Shown piece by piece: positions 8,280 to 12,068 of a DNA stretch of 12,068 nucleotides; the stretch's first letter is position 1; every line of letters starts with the position of its first letter. The translations under genes were made by a program, and so were the position numbers. This DNA comes from Sulfurimonadaceae bacterium (GTDB taxonomy: Bacteria; Campylobacterota; Campylobacteria; Campylobacterales; Sulfurimonadaceae). The stretch lies in contig JBFESZ010000065.1 in NCBI GenBank assembly GCA_041548245.1, positions 1-12,068 on the forward strand. The letters are read 5' to 3'. Under the pieces are notes generated by a model that had not been told where the DNA came from, searched no databases, and saw only the letters and a list, made by a program, of their open reading frames with translations.

Positions 8280-9482
8280 CTACTCATTTCTTAAAACATT
8301 CAGTACATCGACCTGCGCCGCTTTTTTAGCAGGATACCAAGCAGAAAGCACTACGATGACAAAAGCACCGATAATGATCGATAAGAAGTCGATTATCGAG
8401 AGTTTCAATGGAAGATGAGAAGTGCCATATACCTCTGCAGGAAGAGAAATAATATCAAAGTTTGAAAGTATCCAAAGCCCGCTCAACCCTAGTATTGTCC
8501 CTGCAAAGATCCCGCTTATACCAATAATTACACCAAGGTAAAGAAATATTTTTTTCACTTCCTTCTCACTGGCGCCTAATGAGATAAAGAGTGCAATCTC
8601 GGATCGACGATTCATTACTGTCATAAGAAGCGATGAGATAATATTAACAGCTGCAATAAGTATAATTAGCATCAAGACAATGAACAGGGCGTGTTTTTCC
8701 AGCTCTAAGGCAGAAAAGAAACTGACATTATCTTCCCACCATCCTTTAACTCTTACCGTACTTGGCAATACCTCTTTGATCTTTTCAAGATCTTCACGAG
8801 GGTTTTTAGAAAAAACATGAATACCATCGTATTGCGTTTTTGAAAGGTTCATCACTGTCTGCAGGGCACTCAAAGAGGTGTAGTGGTACGCTTTATCATA
8901 TGCGGACAGCCCTGAATCAAACTGTCCGTTGACCTTAAAGCGTTTGAGCTTTGGTGTCAGTGTCAAGCCTCCTGGTTCAGCCTGAGTAAAAATATACATC
9001 AACCTCTCTTTATCATTCAGATACAACTCATCAAAAAGTGTTTTACCTACGATAACATCAAACTTATTAAAAGTTTTTCCCTCGACGCTCTTTTTAAGTA
9101 CACTGTTGGCTTTTGCTTCCTCTTCGAAATCAACGCCAAAGAGGTATCCACCCTCCATTTTAGATCCACGACGAACAATAACAGGTGTTGCTACATAAGG
9201 GCTAAATGCCAACTCAGGGAACTCTGATTTCAGCTCAGTGTATAGTGACTTGTCCACCGCTCCATAGAACTTGGGAACTACGGTCAAAGGATAGTTCATG
9301 ATCGTGAGTTTTTTTCTGAACTCGGCATCAAAACCGTTCATCAAGGCCATTGCAATGATCAATACCATGACACCTAACAAAATACCAAGAAAGGCCAATA
9401 AAGCAGAAAGGAAGATAAAGGGTTGGTCTTGGTCAAAACGCAGATATCGTCTGACCATGTACTTTACGAGGGTATTGTTCAC
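8280..9482 (-). CDS. lolE: Lipoprotein-releasing ABC transporter permease (LolC/LolE family, probably single LolF type), 400 aa
   Basis: RRYLR...[27 protein letters not shown]-terminus, a periplasmic domain, and an FtsX-like C-terminal TM region ([25 protein letters not shown]...LGA...WYPAKKAA). The GTG start overlaps the secA TGA (GTGA). SD AAGG at 9489-9492. Confidence 0.9.
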   Translation of the reverse strand: MNNTLVKYMVRRYLRFDQDQPFIFLSALLAFLGILLGVMVLIIAMALMNGFDAEFRKKLTIMNYPLTVVPKFYGAVDKSLYTELKSEFPELAFSPYVATPVIVRRGSKMEGGYLFGVDFEEEAKANSVLKKSVEGKTFNKFDVIVGKTLFDELYLNDKERLMYIFTQAEPGGLTLTPKLKRFKVNGQFDSGLSAYDKAYHYTSLSALQTVMNLSKTQYDGIHVFSKNPREDLEKIKEVLPSTVRVKGWWEDNVSFFSALELEKHALFIVLMLIILIAAVNIISSLLMTVMNRRSEIALFISLGASEKEVKKIFLYLGVIIGISGIFAGTILGLSGLWILSNFDIISLPAEVYGTSHLPLKLSIIDFLSIIIGAFVIVVLSAWYPAKKAAQVDVLNVLRNE

Positions 9483-12052
9483 ACTGTGCCTTGGGCTAAA
9501 ACCCCTTTTTTAGGACCGCTTTTTCCGCAGCAGCTTTTATACTTTTTACCAGAACCACACGGACATGGTTCATTCCTTGCCACCTTCTTGTCGGCAACTT
9601 TATCTTCATCATGAAGATTCAGCTGCATGTTCATCTCATCCTGACGCTTTTGCATCTCTCTCTGTTCGGCCAAGGCTTCAGCCTCTTCTTCTGCCGATTT
9701 GAACTGAATAACCTGAAGCATTTTTATTGTCTCAAATTTAATCGCTTCTCGTAACTCGGAGAAAAGGTTGTAAGACTCTTTCTTAAACTCGACAAGTGGA
9801 TCTTTCTGATTGTAAGCGCGCAGACGAATACCTGTCTTCATAGTATCCATCTGGTAGAGGTGATCACGCCATGACTGGTCAAGTGTTTTCAAAAAGATCT
9901 CACGCTCTACTGCTGTACGTATCTCTGCTTCAAGCACTTGCATCTTGCCATCATAAGCTTTTTTTACCAGATTGACAACTTCTTCCATAAGAACTTCATA
10001 CTCTTTGTTCTTCATCGTCGAAACATCAAGCTCTTGATTAATCTCTTCTTTAATAACAGAAGCAAGTTTTTCGAGGTTGAAATCCTCTTCACTTTGACCA
10101 GGGAAGATATCACAGTTCATTAAAGTACTCACGATATATTCACTTCGGATCTCATCGACTTTTGCATCAATATCATAATTAGGGTCCAAAAGGTCGTTTC
10201 TAAACTTGTAGACGAGTTTTCTTTGTTCATTGGCGACATCATCATATTCAACGATCTGTTTACGCCCTTCAAAGTGCATTGTTTCGACTTTTTTCTGTGC
10301 TTTTTCAACGGCTCTTGTAACCATTTTAGACTCAATATACTCACCGTCTTCCACACCAAGACGCTCCATGATCGATTTGATTCTGTCCGATCCAAAAATA
10401 CGCAGAAGGTTGTCTTCAAGACTCAGATAGAACTGTGTCGTTCCCGGATCACCCTGACGACCGGAACGTCCACGAAGCTGATTGTCAATACGACGGTTCT
10501 CATGACGTTCTGTACCAATAATATAAAGGCCACCAAGTGCTTTAATCTCATCACTCACCTTGATATCAACACCGCGACCCGCCATATTCGTAGCAATGGT
10601 AACCGCACCCTTTTGGCCCGCATTCTTGATAATCTCACCCTCTTGTTCATGCTGCTTGGCATTAAGTACCGTATGTGGGATCTTTGCTTTTGACAAAAAA
10701 CTGTGCAATGCTTCTGACTTTTCAATAGACGCTGTTCCGATAAGCACTGGCTGTCCGGTTGCATGAAGCTCTTTGACTTTCTTCATCACCGCTTCAAACT
10801 TCTCACGCTCTGTCTTATAAATAAGATCGTTCAGGTCCTTACGGTTAACCGGTAGGTTTGTAGGAATAGTGACAACATCCAGGTTATATATCTGGGCGAA
10901 CTCTGTTGCCTCTGTTTGAGCTGTACCCGTCATCCCGGCAAGTTTGTCATACATCCTGAAATAATTTTGAAAAGTAATATCAGCAAGTGTCTGCGTCTCT
11001 TCTTTGATATCTACCTTTTCTTTTGCCTCTAATGCCTGATGCAGCCCTTCAGAGTACCGACGTCCTTCAGACAGACGTCCCGTGAACTCATCGACGATTA
11101 CCACTTCTCCCTCACGTACAACATAATCAACATCGATCTCAAAAAGATAGTTCGCTTTAAGGGCATTGTCGAGAAAGTGTGAAAGCTCCGCATTTTGTGG
11201 GCTGTACAAGTTATCTACACCAAAAAGCTCTTCTGCTTTGACAATCCCCTCTTCTGTCACCAGAACAACACGGTCTTTCTCGTCTACTGTGAAGTGTTCA
11301 TCCTTGGTCAGCTTTTTAGCGACTTCATCGGCCTTGTCGTAATTTTCGACTTTACGGTTGGTCGGTCCTGAAATAATCAGCGGTGTACGGGCCTCGTCAA
11401 TCAGAATCGAGTCAACCTCATCCACAATAACAAAAGCATGTTCACGTTGCACCATCTGCTCTTTGGAATAAGACATATTATCACGCAGATAGTCAAAGCC
11501 AAACTCATTGTTTGTCCCATAGGTGATATCGCAAAGATACTGTTCGCGTTTAACCATGGGATCATACTCTGTCTCAAGAATCGTTCCTGTTGAAAATCCC
11601 AAAAAGCTGTATAGTGCACTCATCTCTGATGCATCGCGTGAAGCAAGGTAATCATTTACCGTGACGACATGAACACCTTTTCCATTCATCGCATTAAGTA
11701 TAACCGCCAAAGTCGCGACAAGCGTTTTACCCTCACCCGTCTTCATCTCAGCGATACGACCTTCATGCAATGCCATACCACCAATAAGCTGCACATCAAA
11801 ATGACGCATATTAAGCACGCGTTTACCGGCCTCTCTTGTAATAGCGAATGACTCAACCAAGACTTCATCTAGACTTTTTTCTTCACTTAGAACAGAAACC
11901 TTCAAGGCATTAAAAGCATCCTTCAACTCGTCATCACTCAATGACTCATATGTTGATTCTAAGGAATTAATCTTTTTTACACGTTTCGCATATTTTTTAA
12001 GTTCCCGATCATTTTTTGTACCAAACACTTGTCCTAGTATCCGTTGAAGCAT
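9479..12052 (-). CDS. secA: Preprotein translocase ATPase SecA, 857 aa
   Basis: Motifs MRHFDVQ, Walker [63 protein letters not shown], and C-terminal [22 protein letters not shown]. Confidence 0.99.
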   Translation of the reverse strand: MLQRILGQVFGTKNDRELKKYAKRVKKINSLESTYESLSDDELKDAFNALKVSVLSEEKSLDEVLVESFAITREAGKRVLNMRHFDVQLIGGMALHEGRIAEMKTGEGKTLVATLAVILNAMNGKGVHVVTVNDYLASRDASEMSALYSFLGFSTGTILETEYDPMVKREQYLCDITYGTNNEFGFDYLRDNMSYSKEQMVQREHAFVIVDEVDSILIDEARTPLIISGPTNRKVENYDKADEVAKKLTKDEHFTVDEKDRVVLVTEEGIVKAEELFGVDNLYSPQNAELSHFLDNALKANYLFEIDVDYVVREGEVVIVDEFTGRLSEGRRYSEGLHQALEAKEKVDIKEETQTLADITFQNYFRMYDKLAGMTGTAQTEATEFAQIYNLDVVTIPTNLPVNRKDLNDLIYKTEREKFEAVMKKVKELHATGQPVLIGTASIEKSEALHSFLSKAKIPHTVLNAKQHEQEGEIIKNAGQKGAVTIATNMAGRGVDIKVSDEIKALGGLYIIGTERHENRRIDNQLRGRSGRQGDPGTTQFYLSLEDNLLRIFGSDRIKSIMERLGVEDGEYIESKMVTRAVEKAQKKVETMHFEGRKQIVEYDDVANEQRKLVYKFRNDLLDPNYDIDAKVDEIRSEYIVSTLMNCDIFPGQSEEDFNLEKLASVIKEEINQELDVSTMKNKEYEVLMEEVVNLVKKAYDGKMQVLEAEIRTAVEREIFLKTLDQSWRDHLYQMDTMKTGIRLRAYNQKDPLVEFKKESYNLFSELREAIKFETIKMLQVIQFKSAEEEAEALAEQREMQKRQDEMNMQLNLHDEDKVADKKVARNEPCPCGSGKKYKSCCGKSGPKKGVLAQGTV

Positions 12053-12068
12053 CTATACCCACTTTATA

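Noticed and set aside
9515..9580. SecA C-terminal metal-binding motif with four Cys (CPC...CC) instead of CPC...CH
   Set aside because: This is a common SEC-C variant and not unusual.
9938..11851. Short alternative and antisense ORFs inside secA, including the 156-aa + strand ORF at 10223-10693
   Set aside because: They are shadow ORFs of a highly conserved gene, with no recognisable motifs.
1..12068. CRISPR arrays, tandem repeats, IS elements, tRNA/rRNA, defence or novel multi-gene systems
   Set aside because: None were seen by eye. The window is almost entirely covered by intact housekeeping genes, and the longest intergenic gap is 227 bp.

Overview
Housekeeping window from a Campylobacterota (epsilonproteobacterial, Sulfurovum/Sulfurimonas-like by inference) chromosome. 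The minus strand carries secA, a LolC/E(F)-type permease, mltG, monomeric NADP-type icd, mdh and the 5' part of fumC. The plus strand carries one 1061-aa AsmA/YhdP-like envelope protein. I see no mobile element, CRISPR array, RNA gene, defence system or clearly novel gene system. The notable signals are regulatory. mltG and the AsmA-like gene overlap head-to-head, and each carries a TATAAT promoter element for the other inside its coding sequence. An exact TTATAAT-N-ATTATAA (PerR/Fur-family-like) box lies upstream of icd. Two strand-specific hairpins after icd appear to separate it from mdh-fumC.
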